Shown one piece after another: positions 13,950 through 30,959 of a stretch of 64,000 bases of DNA. Position numbers and translations under genes: made by a program. The DNA is from Octopus vulgaris (taxonomy: Eukaryota). The DNA lies in the NCBI GenBank assembly GCA_951406725.2, contig OX597820.1, positions 63,984,001-64,048,000 on the forward strand, read 5' to 3'. Position 1 is the stretch's first letter. Every line of letters starts with the position of its first letter. The notes beneath the pieces are model-generated. The model was not told the DNA's origin. It was given only the letters and a program-made list of their open reading frames with translations, and made no database searches.

Positions 13950-14320
13950 TATATATATACATACATACATACACACATTCATACATATATATATATATAT
14001 ATACAAATACACAAATGCATATATATATATGTATATATATATGTGTGTATATATGCATATATATATGTATGTACATATATATCTACATATATATCAATAT
14101 CTATATCTATATCTATCTATATATATATAAGCATTTATGCTCACTTATAATAAAACCACTTTTACATTAATCACATTTCTCTATACTGATATAAAGTATA
14201 AATTCATGATTCTCATTGAAGAATGTTGTTGATATAAGTTTCGACAATCTAAGCCATCACTGTTTGCGGTTTATCTCGCTTATACTTCGAAGTCAACAAC
14301 ACCTTTGTATAAGAAATATA

Positions 14321-14384
<64 letters not shown>

Positions 14385-14990
14385 TTATATGTATACATAT
14401 ATATATATACTTCTATACATATAAAAATGTATATAAAAATACATACATGTATACACACACACATATATATTTATGTGTGAGTGTGTGTATGTATATGTAC
14501 ACTGATATCAGGTAACTAAACCATCGAATATTTCAGGAGTTAATACAGACGAGCCTACCACTGACAAACGTCTATTCTAGCAATCCAAGACGCTCAAGTG
14601 GCGGTTATCTCCCCTGTTAGTGTATATATACTGCATACTTCTAAGGACATTAAGAGCTTTTACACCTTATTTCTTAAAATATGGGTGGTTTTCTACCCTA
14701 AAATCGTCAGTCATAATTAGTGACGATAACATTTGTCCATTATAGTACTATGGTATTATACTGCGCCTAAATATACACATATATACATACATATACGTAT
14801 GTATATATGCATGTAAGTAAGGACACAGATTTATATCAATGTATATCATGAAATATAGGCGCTCAGACACAATGCATGTATATATTCATTCCCATATACG
14901 CACACATACAGATACAAATTCACATACACGCTTATGATTGCAGCGTTGAGATGTGTATATGCGTCCATCTAGATATATATGTTTCGTCAA

Positions 14991-15046
<56 letters not shown>

Positions 15047-15051
15047 TGTGT

Positions 15052-15098
<47 letters not shown>

Positions 15099-15486
15099 TG
15101 TGTGTATGTGTGTGTGTGTATGAATATGTGTGCGTATCACGTATATTCTCAATTGCTGTTTGCGATTATATGTGTACTTGGTAGGGCATCATAAAATAAC
15201 GTAATTGCCCTTCGGGTGAAGAGAAATATTGTATGAGAGATTCTCTTCGTGTAGAAATGACTTTAAGTCAGACTCTTCGGCACCAAACGACTCACACTCT
15301 TTCTTGATTTTCTTTCTTTCTCTTAGCTTTCTCTATCTTTCTTTCTTTCTTTTAATTTTTTTTATCGGTTATTTTGCATATACATACATGCATGCTTGCA
15401 TAGATGTATATATACCTACGTACCAGCATACATACATTTATATATATATATACATATTATATATATAATAATGATTATTATTATAG

Positions 15487-15517
<31 letters not shown>

Positions 15518-15699
15518 CACGTATACATTTGAATATATATATATATACACACAAAGATATGTACATATAAGTATATATAAATAAGTCTATATACATATAT
15601 ATGTATATACGTACATACATATATATATGCGTATGTATATATAATATATATTTTATATATATTTAATGAATGCATATATGTATTTGTCCATATATGTAC

Positions 15700-15747
<48 letters not shown>

Positions 15748-16018
15748 GTGCGTATATATAAGCACACACACACGTACACACATGCGTACACATACACATA
15801 CTGCATGGCGAAGGGCACACATCGATTGTGATAAGTTATGTAAGTGAAGATATGTGTTTTGACAAGATTCTTTATTGAGATATAAACATGTATAGGTTAA
15901 TAAGTAGTTATCGCACAGTACCAGCTCTTAACAACAAATGCAGTAACTGTTGCCTCATCTGTTGCTGCTACAACAACAACAACAACGACCACTACTGCTG
16001 CTACTACTGCTACTACTA

Positions 16019-16053
<35 letters not shown>

Positions 16054-16166
16054 ACGACTACTACGACTACTACTACTACTACTACTACCCATACTACTAC
16101 TACTACCACTACTACTATTACTACTACTACTATTATTACTACGACTACTATTACTACTACTACTAG

Positions 16167-16395
16167 TTAGGTTGATAAAAAAATATTGAGAAAATTACAA
16201 CTACTTAGGTTGATAAGAAATATTGAGACAGTTACATAGCAAAAATACCAGGACTAACAAATGTTTATAACATACAGAAAATAGCACTACAAGGCACCGC
16301 ATATATCCTACGTAAAACCCTTTCAATAACAGTAACAATACAGTAACAATAAAAACATCACAACAAACCACTGCACTTATCCAAACACACAAAGA
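16167..16395 (+). mobile_element. Short 3' fragment of R4/Dong-type LINE
   Basis: Diverged match to 17084-17255 (PGLTN.YNIQKIAL.GTA.ILRK); 38-bp tandem duplication at its 5' end. Confidence 0.75.
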
Positions 16396-16613
16396 CCAGG
16401 AAGCGTCATAGAGCTGGCCGACAAGGGTAACCTAAAAAATGAAGAGTGGAGGCCTAAACAGAGCTCCCCGAGATCAGACATTATATGCAATCTCTGTGAA
16501 AATGGACATATACTACACAAGTGCAACGAACCTCTACAGAATGTGTCTGAAAAAGGTCGAAGGCCGCTAAGCAGATTATCTGGCGTGCTAATAATTCTAC
16601 AACCTAACTGCCT

Positions 16614-16704
<91 letters not shown>

Positions 16705-16714
16705 TAATAATAAT

Positions 16715-17320
16715 AAGGAATATATTCACAGACATGACAGAGTTGGAACTTACATACATTGGAAGCTATGCCAACATTATGGAATAACAACAGAAAAAAG
16801 ATGGTATAGGCACACACCAGAAAAGGTCACAGAAAACGAGAAAGCAACCATACTCTGGGATATGCCGATACACACAGATAGAGAAATTAAGGCCAACAGA
16901 CCAGATATAGTTGTCAGAGACCATGAAGAAAAAAAATGCTTTCTAATTGATGTATCAGTACCGGCAGATGACAACGTGTCTCTAAAAGAAATGGAGAAAC
17001 TCTCAAAATACAAAGACCTGGAAATAGAGGTAACTAGAATGTGGAATCTGAAAACAGAAACAATTCCTATCATAGTAGGTGCATTAGGCATGATAAAAAA
17101 ATATTCAGACAAATACATAACAAAAACACCAGGACTTACAAACACATATAACATACAGAAAATTGCACTACTAGGCACTGCACACATCCTACGCAGAACA
17201 CTTTCCATACAATAACCATCAGAGCATCACAACAAATCACAGCACATACCCGAGGCACACAGAGCTGCGCTCGGTAGTGAAGTGAAAGTACGCTATAAAA
17301 ATAAAAATAAAACTACTGAA
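16715..17320 (+). mobile_element. 5'-truncated R4/Dong-clade non-LTR retrotransposon (RLE domain + 3' UTR) in (TAA)n
   Basis: RHD...ILWD...NRPDIVV...IDV...EKLSKYKDL...IPIIVGALG restriction-like endonuclease; flanked on both sides by long (TAA)n. Confidence 0.9.
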
Positions 17321-17330
17321 TAATAATAAC

Positions 17331-19513
<2,183 letters not shown>

Positions 19514-19554
19514 TAATAATAATAATAATGATGATAATAATAATAATAATAATA

Positions 19555-19603
<49 letters not shown>

Positions 19604-19617
19604 TAATAATAATTTGC

Positions 19618-20225
19618 TGGGAGGGGGATAGACGATCGGATTGACCCCAGTACTTAATTTATCGAGCACGAAAGGATGAAAAAATTCTACCTCGTGTTAT
19701 TTGAATTCAGAATTAATGGTAGACGAAATGTCGCTGAGGATTTTGCCCGGCGTGCTAACAATTCTGCCAGCTTGCCGTCTTATACTAATCCTTTCTATTA
19801 AAAGCACAATACCTGTAATTTTTTGGGGAAAGGGCAAGTTGATCAGCTTGACTTTTGTGCTTCACATATACTTATTTCAACGACCCCGAAAGGATAAAGA
19901 ACAAATCAACCTAAGCGGGATTTGAACTCAGAGAGTACAGAGGGACGAAATACCACTAACCATTTTGCCCAGCGTGCTAACGACTACACCACCTCGCGGA
20001 CTTGATAGTATTTCTACTATATGCATTTCAGCTATATTTCTATATTCTACAATAATTATTTCTACTATATTCACAAGTTATGATATTTTGGGAAGGGGAT
20101 AGTCACTTACAAGGACCCCAGTACTCGATTGGTACATGTTCCGTCTTGTATAAAACTTTGAAACGGAAAGTCAACCTCAGCTGAATTTGAACCTAGAACG
20201 TAATTTTTTTCTACCAGCTCATCGC
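19618..20225 (-). mobile_element. Cluster of diverged Nin/Deu-like SINEs
   Basis: Repeated rc motifs gaccccagtactt, cgaaaggatgaa and atttgaactcaga. Confidence 0.65.
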
Positions 20226-20431
20226 CTCCTTTTAGGGAAAGGTCAGTCCACTACATCGACTCCAGTACAACATTATCTGTACGATACTTACCCCGCCGTC
20301 TTGATAATAACAACAATGATAGCAAATATGTGTTTGCCTGTGAAAAGATTTATATATATATGTGTGTGTGTGTCTATATATATATATATATACATATATA
20401 TGTATATATATACGTATAAGTATATATAAAC

Positions 20432-20479
<48 letters not shown>

Positions 20480-21299
20480 TCGTATATGTATGTGAGTGTA
20501 TGTGTGTGCGTATGCTTTTAGAGAGTTAGATAGATAGATGGATATTTAGATAGACATATACACACTAAATATATTTATATAATTACCTTTATTGAATCCT
20601 CTCCATAACATAACAAATGCTAGAGTGGTCAATATAACCATATCAGAGACTATAACCGCGTGAAAAACAATAAAATATCATTTCTTATGTCAAGAAACTG
20701 CTTGAATGTTTTATCATATATGAGTCCTGTCGCATGAATGTGTTGCTAAGAATTTCGCTTTCGAAATGTGTGGTAGTCAAACACGTCTGTACCGATAAGA
20801 ATATCGCTTGAGAGATTCATATCAGCCAAGAGAACCGATAAAGTATGGCTTTTGAATAAATTATTTGATATATGTTCAAGACTAGTTGCGCAATGAATCC
20901 CTTATCGTCATCACTTTCATAATGCTTTGCATATGTGATTAGTTTGTTGCAAATCTGTGAGCAACAATGTTACTTTTCATGCAATGTAAAATAAACTTAA
21001 ATAAGAATATACGCAGTTCCTCATATTCTTATATTCCTGACATTCCGGAGCACTGAACGTCGCTGGAGTGAGTCGTGAAACTTCTAACACCAGACAGTCT
21101 AATAATAACCTACATGAATACATTATTCATCTCTCGGATAATCAGCTGGCGCAAAATTCACTTCAATAGCGTCAACGTAATGTTCATTTTACATATGCTG
21201 TATTAGTCAGCCGCCTTTCCTAACTTAACAAAAATAAGGAAGCAGACTCTGAACCAATATCATAATAGTTTCAATTATTGGCACGTCAGTAACTTCTGC

Positions 21300-21462
21300 G
21301 GAGTGGATACGTTGAATGCGTTGACTTCCATGATCAACTGGTACTTATTTTATCGACTTCAAATGGATGAAAGGCAAAGTCCTCCGGCGGAATTTGAGCT
21401 CAGAACATAAAAGACGGACGGAATACCGCAAAGCATTTTGCGGGCTATCGATTCTACCAACT
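21300..21462 (-). mobile_element. Diverged Nin/Deu-like SINE
   Basis: ctggtacttattttatcgac...ggatgaaaggcaaagtc...ggcggaatttgagctcagaac. Confidence 0.75.
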
Positions 21463-22214
21463 TAATCTGAGAGAGTTGACGTTGCCCAGGTAAATGCAAT
21501 GACAAGTCACAAAGTACAACAAAGCTTTAAGACGCCGTAGAACCCCTCGCAGTCCCCATGGCAATATTATTTACAACACCCATAGCAGCAATAGATAAAG
21601 AAACATTCGTGAAAACAACCGCCCAAGTTTTACTATAAGAGGGGACTGAGACTATGCATAGCGAACAGTGATTAGTTAAACGATCATAATTTCAAATAGT
21701 AAACCTTTAACTGAGCTCACACAAGAAATACACTGAACTCACCATACCGTCTTTTCTTTTACACACCACTGTGCCAGAGACTCAGTGATAAGCGATAATT
21801 TGCTACATGGCTATGAACTGTTTCGACACGTCTTACCTGGTAATTTTAGACGGCGATTTGCCAGAGTAATTATAACGCAAGAACATTAAACAATATGGAA
21901 TATCTTACATTCCCAACAATTCTGCGCACATTAAATTGAGATCCGGTGGAAGCTAACTTCTCGAATTTAGTGTCAACAAGTACCAGTTTTTTCTTCTTCC
22001 TCACCCATATTCTCACCTCACCTCATTCTCTCGGGAGGATAGAGGTTGCATTCAGACCGTGATGTGCATTACGATTTCTAGGTCCCCAATGCTCTAAACT
22101 CAATTTCTGTCACTTATGCGATATTCAGGTTCCAACAGGAGTTCACTCTCTCTCTCTCTCTCTCACGCACACACACACGCACAAATTATTCTCTATATTG
22201 TACGTATGTGTATA

Positions 22215-22263
<49 letters not shown>

Positions 22264-22274
22264 AGCTTGTATAT

Positions 22275-22635
22275 GGCTCTGGGTTCAGTCCCACTACGTG
22301 GTACTTTGGGCAAGTGACTTTTACTATAGCCTCGGGCCGACCAAAGTATTGTGAATGGATCTGGTAGACAGAAACCGAAAGAAGCCCGGCGTATAATTGT
22401 ATATATATGTGTGTGCGTGTATTTTTGTGTGTCTGTGTTTGTCCCCCTAGCATTGCTTGACAATCGATGCTGGTGTGTTTATGTCCTCGTCACTTAGCGG
22501 TTCGGCAAAGAGACCGATAAAATAAGTACTAGGCTTACAAAAGAATAAGTCCCGGTGTCGATTTGCTCGATTAAAGATGGTGCTCCAGCATGGCTGCAGT
22601 CAAATGACTGAAACAAGTAAAAAAGTAAAAGAGAG
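22275..22635 (+). mobile_element. CORE-type tRNA SINE (5' truncated) with internal microsatellite and LINE-like tail
   Basis: B box gggttcagtccc, ctttgggcaagt CORE-like motif, tail gctccagcatggctgcagtcaaatgactgaaacaagtaa; matches the 28265 copy. Confidence 0.85.
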
Positions 22636-22639
22636 TAAA

Positions 22640-22673
<34 letters not shown>

Positions 22674-22826
22674 CTACAGGAATCTTATATGTATACCATT
22701 CTGCCTAAATAATGGAACTGAAAATTCTATATCCCTTCATATGTCACGTCTATTTTCATTCCTCCACTTTACTCTCTATTTCATATCTTATCTAGAATAA
22801 CTACTGCTTAACCATTTTCTTACACC

Positions 22827-22874
22827 GTCTCGGATGAAGGGATGTATAAAATATCCCGGAAACAGCTATAAGAC
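22827..22874 (+). ncRNA. Degenerate minimal hammerhead ribozyme motif (PLE-type)
   Basis: GTCT-CGGATGA-agggat..atccc-g-GAAA-cagcta-TA-AGAC; stem I and II intact, core mutated. Confidence 0.5.
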
Positions 22875-22937
22875 ATTTATTTATAAATGTTCCGCAATCT
22901 TTCAAAGACTTGTGTTTTTATCTTATTCTGTTAATTA

Positions 22938-23007
<70 letters not shown>

Positions 23008-23165
23008 TATGTATATATTTGTGTGTCTCTGTTTATCCTCCATCATCGCCTGAAAACTGATGTTGATGTGTTTACGTTACGTAACCTTGCTTTTTGGCAC
23101 AACAGACTGATAGAATAAGTAAAAGGCTTGCGAAGAATAAGTCATGAGTTCGAGTTTTCGACTGA

Positions 23166-23198
<33 letters not shown>

Positions 23199-23241
23199 CA
23201 TATATATATATATATATATAATTATCAAGTACTCACCCCGA

Positions 23242-23277
<36 letters not shown>

Positions 23278-23279
<2 letters not shown>

Positions 23280-23509
23280 TTCTTTACTATCCACAAGGGG
23301 CTAAACACAGAGGGGACAAACAAGGACAGACAAAGGGATTAAGTCGATTCCATCGACCCCAGTGCGTAACTGGTACTTAATTTATCGACCCCGAAAGGAT
23401 GAAAGGCAAAGTCAACCTCGGCGGAATTTGAACTCAGAACGTAACGACAGACGAAATACGGCTTCGCATTTCGTCCGGCGTGCTTAACGATTCTGCCAGC
23501 TCGCCGCCT
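23278..23509 (-). mobile_element. Full-length Nin/Deu-like SINE
   Basis: Reverse complement is near-identical to 2414-2643. Confidence 0.9.
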
Positions 23510-23510
23510 T

Positions 23511-23618
<108 letters not shown>

Positions 23619-25563
23619 CATATGCATACATACCTACATATACATGTATAAATTCCGTACATGTATAAATTTTGTTCATATATTCTACAGAATTGAAGAT
23701 TGCGCTATTCAGATTCATCTTGGTGACATTCCGCGCGTTATATCTATGTACGTTGTCCAACTTTTAGTTTACTCATAACATTCAGCATTCATCTCCTGTG
23801 GGTTTATTATTTATGCATAATATATTCTTGATTTCGAAGCATTGGCTAGGTTTCTTGTGCGTCATTTGTAATGACCGGTACACCTTGTAATATGAACATA
23901 GAATTATCGACCAGAAGCAGAGAATATAAATATAAATATTGTTACTTCTTATTCTTCGGTTTCATTTATCATGTACTGAATATATGAATGTCTACAAAGA
24001 TGTGACTTAAGAAACGAAAGCAACAGTAAATACATCATGCTAAAAAAAAATCATTACGTATTGAAAAATACAACCCTCATAAAAAGCAATAAATGATTTA
24101 CAATAAATAGCAATTAAGAAGAAAGTGTAAGGCTTACTATAAGTAATTATTTATAGTAAGCCTTCTTATGCTTCCTGCATTAATTATTCTAACGCTGATG
24201 TTTTCAGATAGACGTGTGTGTGTATGTTTCTCTCTCTCTGTGTGTGTGTGTGTGTGTGCAAGTGTCGTCACTTCATAATTTGTTTTCTGAGCAAGAATAT
24301 TTATTGCAAATATTTTACGTCGTTTGCATTTGCCTAAATAGTTAGAAAAAAAAGTTAGTCATTTACTATTATTTTTTTTTACTCTTCACTGCATTTTACT
24401 CTTCATTCCTAGTAATGTTGTTGATAGTCGCTGTATTAATATGTTAACATGAACTACAGTATTATTTTTCTTATGTGAATTGCATCTGTCAGTAATATAT
24501 TCCCGAAACAATTATATTTTCCTAGAACAACCAATCAATGTACACAATAGCATTTTTGTTCCTTATTTTTTAATCAACATGCCGGCAAGTAGAGTAAAGC
24601 CTGTGCTCCCTGACGAGGCTGGAGCTTTCTTTCTTTCATTTGTAAATCAAAGTACGGGCATGCATACGTTTGTGCAGATGTGTGTGTGTATTTGTGCGTG
24701 CACGCATTTCACGCTGCACTGAATACATCATTACAAGCCTACGCGCAGCATTCTCAGTTTTTGCAAGTATTACAGGCGCCTAGATAGACCAGCCATTGCA
24801 ACTGCAATGCGTTCACTTATAACTATACATATACATATCAAAATGTCAAATTCAACAGAACTGCACTACAGAATACATTAATTACTGATGGACCTACTCT
24901 GCAGTTACAAAATCATAGACCAGTTTTATCTCCTTTTATCATAGACAAAATGAACCAAGAAACTTGTGAAATATGTCACATAACTTTCAAGCCACAACGC
25001 AATATTTTTCCTCAGAAATATATTATATATTTCAACCATACGGATATTATATATGATTACAACACTGTGCTATTCTGTACACGTGCAATTTCAGTTTGCA
25101 CACATATGCATAAATGCACATATAAGATATCGGTTTCAAATTTTAGCAGAAAGCCAGCAATTTTAAAAGGGAGGGTAAGTTGATTATAATGACCCTGTGC
25201 CCACTTATTGTATTGGCTCACGCGTTGATATGAGCAGAATTTGAACGCAGAACGCAAAGACAGAGGAAAGACCATAAAGTATTCTGCCCGACGCGGTAAC
25301 GATTCAGCCAACTTCCTGCCTTATATATAAAGAGTTGGGATTTATTGTTGTCTTGTTTGACCGGAAAGTTATATCTGATTTTTCAACGTTCCACTATTTA
25401 CATTAATTTCTTTCTCGGCTTTTGGCGTTTTTTCTGTCGTCTTCTCATCCTGTTTTAGCCTGTTATGCCATGCGGGCACCGCCTCAGCATTGCATCAAGG
25501 TACCAGACGTGTCAATAAATGCTATCGGAGATACGTTCATCACATGAAACTATCACCGGCTTG

Positions 25564-25595
<32 letters not shown>

Positions 25596-27321
25596 CAGAG
25601 TGGGGAAATAAATATTTGTACATGTCAAAATGCTTTATTTATTTAATTTCTAATGAACATAAATGGGATATACCAATACTATATTTACATACACATGCAT
25701 AAACTAAGAATATTCAAAAGAAACTAATAAATTGTAGTGACTAAAGAATTTATATACAATCATAAATATTTAGGGGTGAAAAAAGTATTCGTAAAGAATA
25801 AATTTAGGATTTTCTATGCCACAAAATACTGGTAAAATATTTTTTTTACTAGAAACTTCTCCTTTGTTCCAATAATCTTATCAGTTGTCATTTTAAAGTG
25901 TGAAAACGCTAGCTTCTTCATTCAGCACTGAGACAATATAAAGTAGTATCGTAATAATGGCGAAAAGTAAAGAACTCACAAATACTTGATTATTGAACAG
26001 TGGAAATCAGGTAAAAGTTGCAGGAAAATATCAGAGACCCTTTGTATTCCATTTATTCAAAGATATAAAAAATCGGGAACTGTTGAAAACAGAATAAGAT
26101 CCAGTACACCATGCAAGATTTCCCCTAGATCTTTAAGAAAAATGAATTGAAGAATCGAAAAAAACGCAATGATCACCAGAAAGGAGTTGCAAGAAGATTT
26201 GTTAGCTTCAGAGTCTAGTGTTAGACTATGAACAATCAGTAATGAATTTCATAGAAATGAACTGAAGTCACGCTCTCCTAGAAAAACTCCGCTGTTGACT
26301 AAAAGGCATAGAGATGCCCGTTTAAAATTTGTTTATGAACATAAAGATAAACCTGATACATTCTGAGAAAATGTTCTATGGACAGTCTAGTCGAAAACGG
26401 AATTGTTTGGAAGAAATTCCAAACAATTCAACGTTTGGAAGAAAGATGTTTGTAAAGATGGTACTGCCTATTCACTACCATAAAGTTTGAAGGTGGCAAC
26501 ATCATGGTGTGGGGGTGTTTCTATGCAAGTGATACTGGCAATTTACATGTGATAGATGGTAGAATGAATGCAGAGGTGTACCAAAATATTTTGAACAATA
26601 ATTTATGGGACTCTGTAGAAAAACCCCAGCTTTGTGAAGGATGGGTTTTACAACTGGATAACGACCCTAAGCACACGGCGAAATCTACCAAAAAATGGAT
26701 TGTCGATCACAATATAAAATTATTAGCATGGCCAAGCCAGTCTCCTGACTTGAACCCTTTTGAAAATTTGTGGTATTATTTGAAAATTGAAATTTATTCA
26801 AGAGCACCAACGTGCATTGCAGATTTGAAGAAAATTTGCCAAGAAGAATGGAAAAAAATTCCGAAAGAAACATGCGAGTCATTGATTAAGAACTACAAGA
26901 AAAGAGTGGTTGAAGTGGAACTGAATAATGTTTATGCGAATTATCAGTTATTTATGTTCTGTACGAATACTTTTTTCACCCCTAAATATTTATAATAGTA
27001 TATAAATTCCTTAGTAAATATAATTTATTAGTTTCTTTTGCATGTTCTTAGATTATGTGCATGTGTATGCAAATATAATAAACTTAGATAAACTTAGATA
27101 TGTTTCGACCAAAGATTGGTCCAGGCCATGTCTAACTTAATAGCACCACCTGATAGGATTATTCGAATCCTGTTTAAGTTAAGTTTTTGTTTAAGTCAAG
27201 TTTTGTTCAAGTAGTGAGTTCTTGTTGGGTGAGTTGTATCCAGTTTTGTTCATCCCATTTATTTTCATTAGAAATTAGATAAATAAAGAATTTTGACATG
27301 GACGAATATTTATTTCCCCCA

Positions 27322-27324
<3 letters not shown>
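25596..27324 (+). mobile_element. Tc1-family (DD34E) transposon with long IR-DR terminal inverted repeats, decayed
   Basis: ~200-bp TIRs cag(ag)tggggaaataaatatt.../...aatatttatttcccccactg-TA; inner repeat ggggtgaaaaaagtattcgta; ~170-bp insertion in the right TIR. Confidence 0.92.
25957..26950 (+). pseudogene. Tc1 transposase pseudogene
   Basis: MAKSKEL..., GGNIMVWGCF, QLDNDPKH...WPSQSPDLNPFENLW with 34 residues between D and E; stops and frameshifts upstream of 26504. Confidence 0.9.
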
Positions 27325-27397
<73 letters not shown>

Positions 27398-27516
27398 GTG
27401 TGTATGTGTCTGCGTGCGCGTGTGTATATAAGAAAATCGAATGAAAATTTTCTATAATGTATAAGCGTAATTAATAATACTAATATCAATTACAACAGAA
27501 ATGATAATAGCAATAA

Positions 27517-27589
<73 letters not shown>

Positions 27590-28264
27590 TTAATAATAAT
27601 AATAATAATAACAACAACAATAATAACAGTAACAACAACAATAAAAACAAGAATGATAATAACATTGCAAGATATCAATTATGGAGTTTAGTTGTTGAGA
27701 AAGCAGTTACCATGGTAGAATATTTGATGAAATGTCCATTGTTGACGGGATTAATTCATTCGATGTCAGCCAAGGGTTTCAGAGGAATTGAAAACAAAAG
27801 CAGCGAACGATCGATCAATTGTCGATGAATCAATCAATCAATAAAATCACGGTATGTTATAAAACCATTGAACGTTATATAAATAAAATAATATTTGCTT
27901 CTAATATCGATAATTTCACGTCGCCATGTCCATCTTTGTCTATGTCGTCATTCTCCTCCTACTACTCCGTCTCCATCTCCTCCTTCTCACCATCATCATC
28001 ATCCTTATCATCATTATCATTGCAATAGTCGTCCTCCTCAATCTCCGTCTTCTCATCACCATTAGCATCATCATCATTGTCACCGGCAGTGTCGTCTTCG
28101 TCTTCGCCGTCTTTAGTTTTCGTCATCGTCGTTGTCATGATGGTCATCATCACTGAGACAAAAACCTCCATCTTTTTCCTTTCTTTCGTTATCTCATTTA
28201 TTTTCTTTTAATTGTTGATGAACAGTAACAACATCGTCGTCGTCATCCAATCATCCGCTAAATA

Positions 28265-28836
28265 GGCGCAGGGGTGTCTGTTTGGTAAGTAGCTTGCTTG
28301 CAAACCACATCGTTCCGGGTTCATTCCCACTGCGTGGCACCATCGGCAAGTGTCTTCTACTATAGCCTCGGGCCGACCAAAGCCTTGCGAATGAATTTGG
28401 TAGACGGAAACTGAAAGAAGCCTGTTGTATATATGTATGTGAGTGACCCCCTTCGGTCAGACAATGACCATGGGTTTGCACCTAGAGAGTTACCCTCTGA
28501 GGCACAAGTCTGGGCAAGGTTGTTTTTTATGGAAGACCAGCAGTTGCCCATGCATACCGGCCTCCCCTCTCCACGTCACCGATGTTGTCCAAGGGAAAGG
28601 CAAGGGCCGATACAGCTTGGCACCTGTGACGTCGCAACTAATTTCTACAGGTGAGTGAACTGGAGCAACGTGAAATAATGTGTCTTGCTCAAGAACACAA
28701 CACGCAGCCCAGTCCGGGATGCGTGTTGTGTTCTTGAGCAAGACACTTTATTTCACGTTGTTCTAAATATATGTATGTATATATATACATATACATATAT
28801 ATAAATATATATATATAAATATATATATGTATACTT

Positions 28837-28889
<53 letters not shown>

Positions 28890-29110
28890 CTTATGTATGT
28901 GTGTATATTTTTGTTTGTCTGTGTTTGTCCCCCAACATCGTTTGATAACCGATGGTAGTGTGTTTACGTTTCCGTAACTTAGCGGTTCAGCAAAAGAGAC
29001 CAATAGAATAAGTACGAGGCTTCCAAATAATAAGACCTGGGGCGGTTTGCTCGACTAAAAGCGATGCTCCAGCATGGCCGCAGTCAAATGACTGAAACAA
29101 GTAAAAGAGT
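28265..29110 (+). mobile_element. Full-length CORE-type tRNA SINE with nested insertion
   Basis: tRNA head ggcgcagggg...ccgggttcattccc, body, (TA)n, tail gctccagcatggccgcagtcaaatgactgaaacaagtaaaag. Confidence 0.88.
28445..28763 (-). mobile_element. Second SINE family nested in antisense, with fold-back at its 5' end
   Basis: Homologous to 50826-51035 (ccctctgaggcacaagtc, atacagcttggcac); 41-bp inverted arms 28666-28706/28720-28760. Confidence 0.75.
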
Positions 29111-29227
29111 AAATCACATATCATTCTCAAAAAAAAAATCTTCAAATTCTTTCTGACTTACACTTGTTTTTTTTCAGATTTGGTATTTTTTTAATTTGTT
29201 TCACCGCTGTATAATATTTGTTTCGAA

Positions 29228-29428
29228 TATTAAGCACAAGACCAGGAATTTCAGTGGTGAGGGCTAAGTCATTTGTATCGATCCCAGCATTCAATTGGCA
29301 CTTATTTCATCGATCCCAGGACTAAAGACAAAGGCAACTTCTGTAGAATTTGAATTCAGAACGCAAAGTCGGACGAAATGCTACATTTCGCCCCACGTGG
29401 TAATGACTCTAACAACACGCCACCTTAT
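29228..29428 (-). mobile_element. Diverged Nin/Deu-like SINE
   Basis: tcgatcccagcatt...cacttatttcatcgatccc...gaatttgaattcagaacg. Confidence 0.6.
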
Positions 29429-30416
29429 TTCTGTGTAATATTAGTTAGATTTATGAATGTTTGAATACATGAAAACATATTGATATGGTGATTTTTTCCA
29501 ACTTGATAGATAATTATCACCCCTTTGTCCCTCCACATTGTCCATGGCATTTCTCATTTTAGTCCACAGCTTTTCTGACGTTCGTTCGCAGTATACCTAA
29601 CTTTCCGTGCATGACTTTTAAGTCTATTCAGTCTCGCTTCAGATCTGCATTCTTTGAAGCCTCGGTCATGGGAAAAAGTTATAAGTTAGTATGCGCTTCC
29701 AACTGATTAGGTCTACGCACGTTGTCACAGTTCTGTCGCTATAGTACTTGCAGTAAATGGAATGAATAACCAATTATTTTATAAAGACACAGCTGCACTG
29801 CATTGGATTATAGTGATAAATGCCTGTACATTGTGAGTACCATTCTATGAGACTCCGCGACTGGGAACTAGTAACAGGTCGATGCGAGATGACCAGCAAT
29901 CCTGTGATTAGGGAAGAAACCTTACATTTACGATGTCAACTGTAATATCTCTTCCTTGAAACCGAGGCTCGTCCCATCCTACCATGTGATCAATCTGCAA
30001 ACATTATTTTGGAACTCCGAGCTCCAGGAAACAGCTGTTGGATTTGTAATACTTTTATTCAATCTCTTTAATTATTTGTATCGTTTGTATTTTGTGTAAG
30101 TCGGATATTTTTTATAAGTATACATTTATATATATATTTTCATATATATATACATATATATGTGTGTGTATATGTGTGTGTGTAGAAGGTTGAAAAGTGA
30201 CACACGAGTTCATGTGTATAAGGAAAATAAGACAAGGTAGAAAATGCTAAAATACATTTTGTAAAGGTTATTACCGGTTTCATCTTTTCGACTTTTTCAA
30301 CTAAGAGTAAAACAAGAAAACAATTAAATTGAAGAAAACAATTAATGAAACGTTCTGTAAATATTTCTATAGTCTTCAAATAGACAGGACATTTTCATTT
30401 TTCCTGTCTGTCTGTC

Positions 30417-30456
<40 letters not shown>

Positions 30457-30959
30457 TCTCTCTCTCAATCTATCTACACTTTTACTTTGTAAAGGTTCGT
30501 TAGGTAGTAGCAGAAGAAATAGAGTTTATAGGTGCAGAGAAATATTTGGTTATGATGTTTGATGGTTTAAGCAGCAGCAGCCAAGGGAGGAAACGGAGAA
30601 GAAGAAGTCGAAGAAGAAGAAGAAGAAGAAGAAGAAGAAGAAGAAGGAGAAGAAGAAGAAAGGAGGAGATGAAGAAGGCTAAGAAGAAGAAGATAGGAAT
30701 GGTATGACCATGGGATTTACTTTAATGGTCAACTGACTTAAAAGTGACCTGTTGTGGTTGTAGCAGTAGTGGTAGGCACTGTTCTAAATAAATTCATGCG
30801 TAGCGACAGTTCTTAATGTATCTACCGTTTTTATATTTGCGTCGGTATTATTCTCAGATCCTTGTAATAATGTCATCTGTGGTGGAAGCATTCAAAAGAG
30901 TTTATATTTAGCGATACAATATGATTTTTTGCTAAGGCAATGATTATAGGTTACATTGT

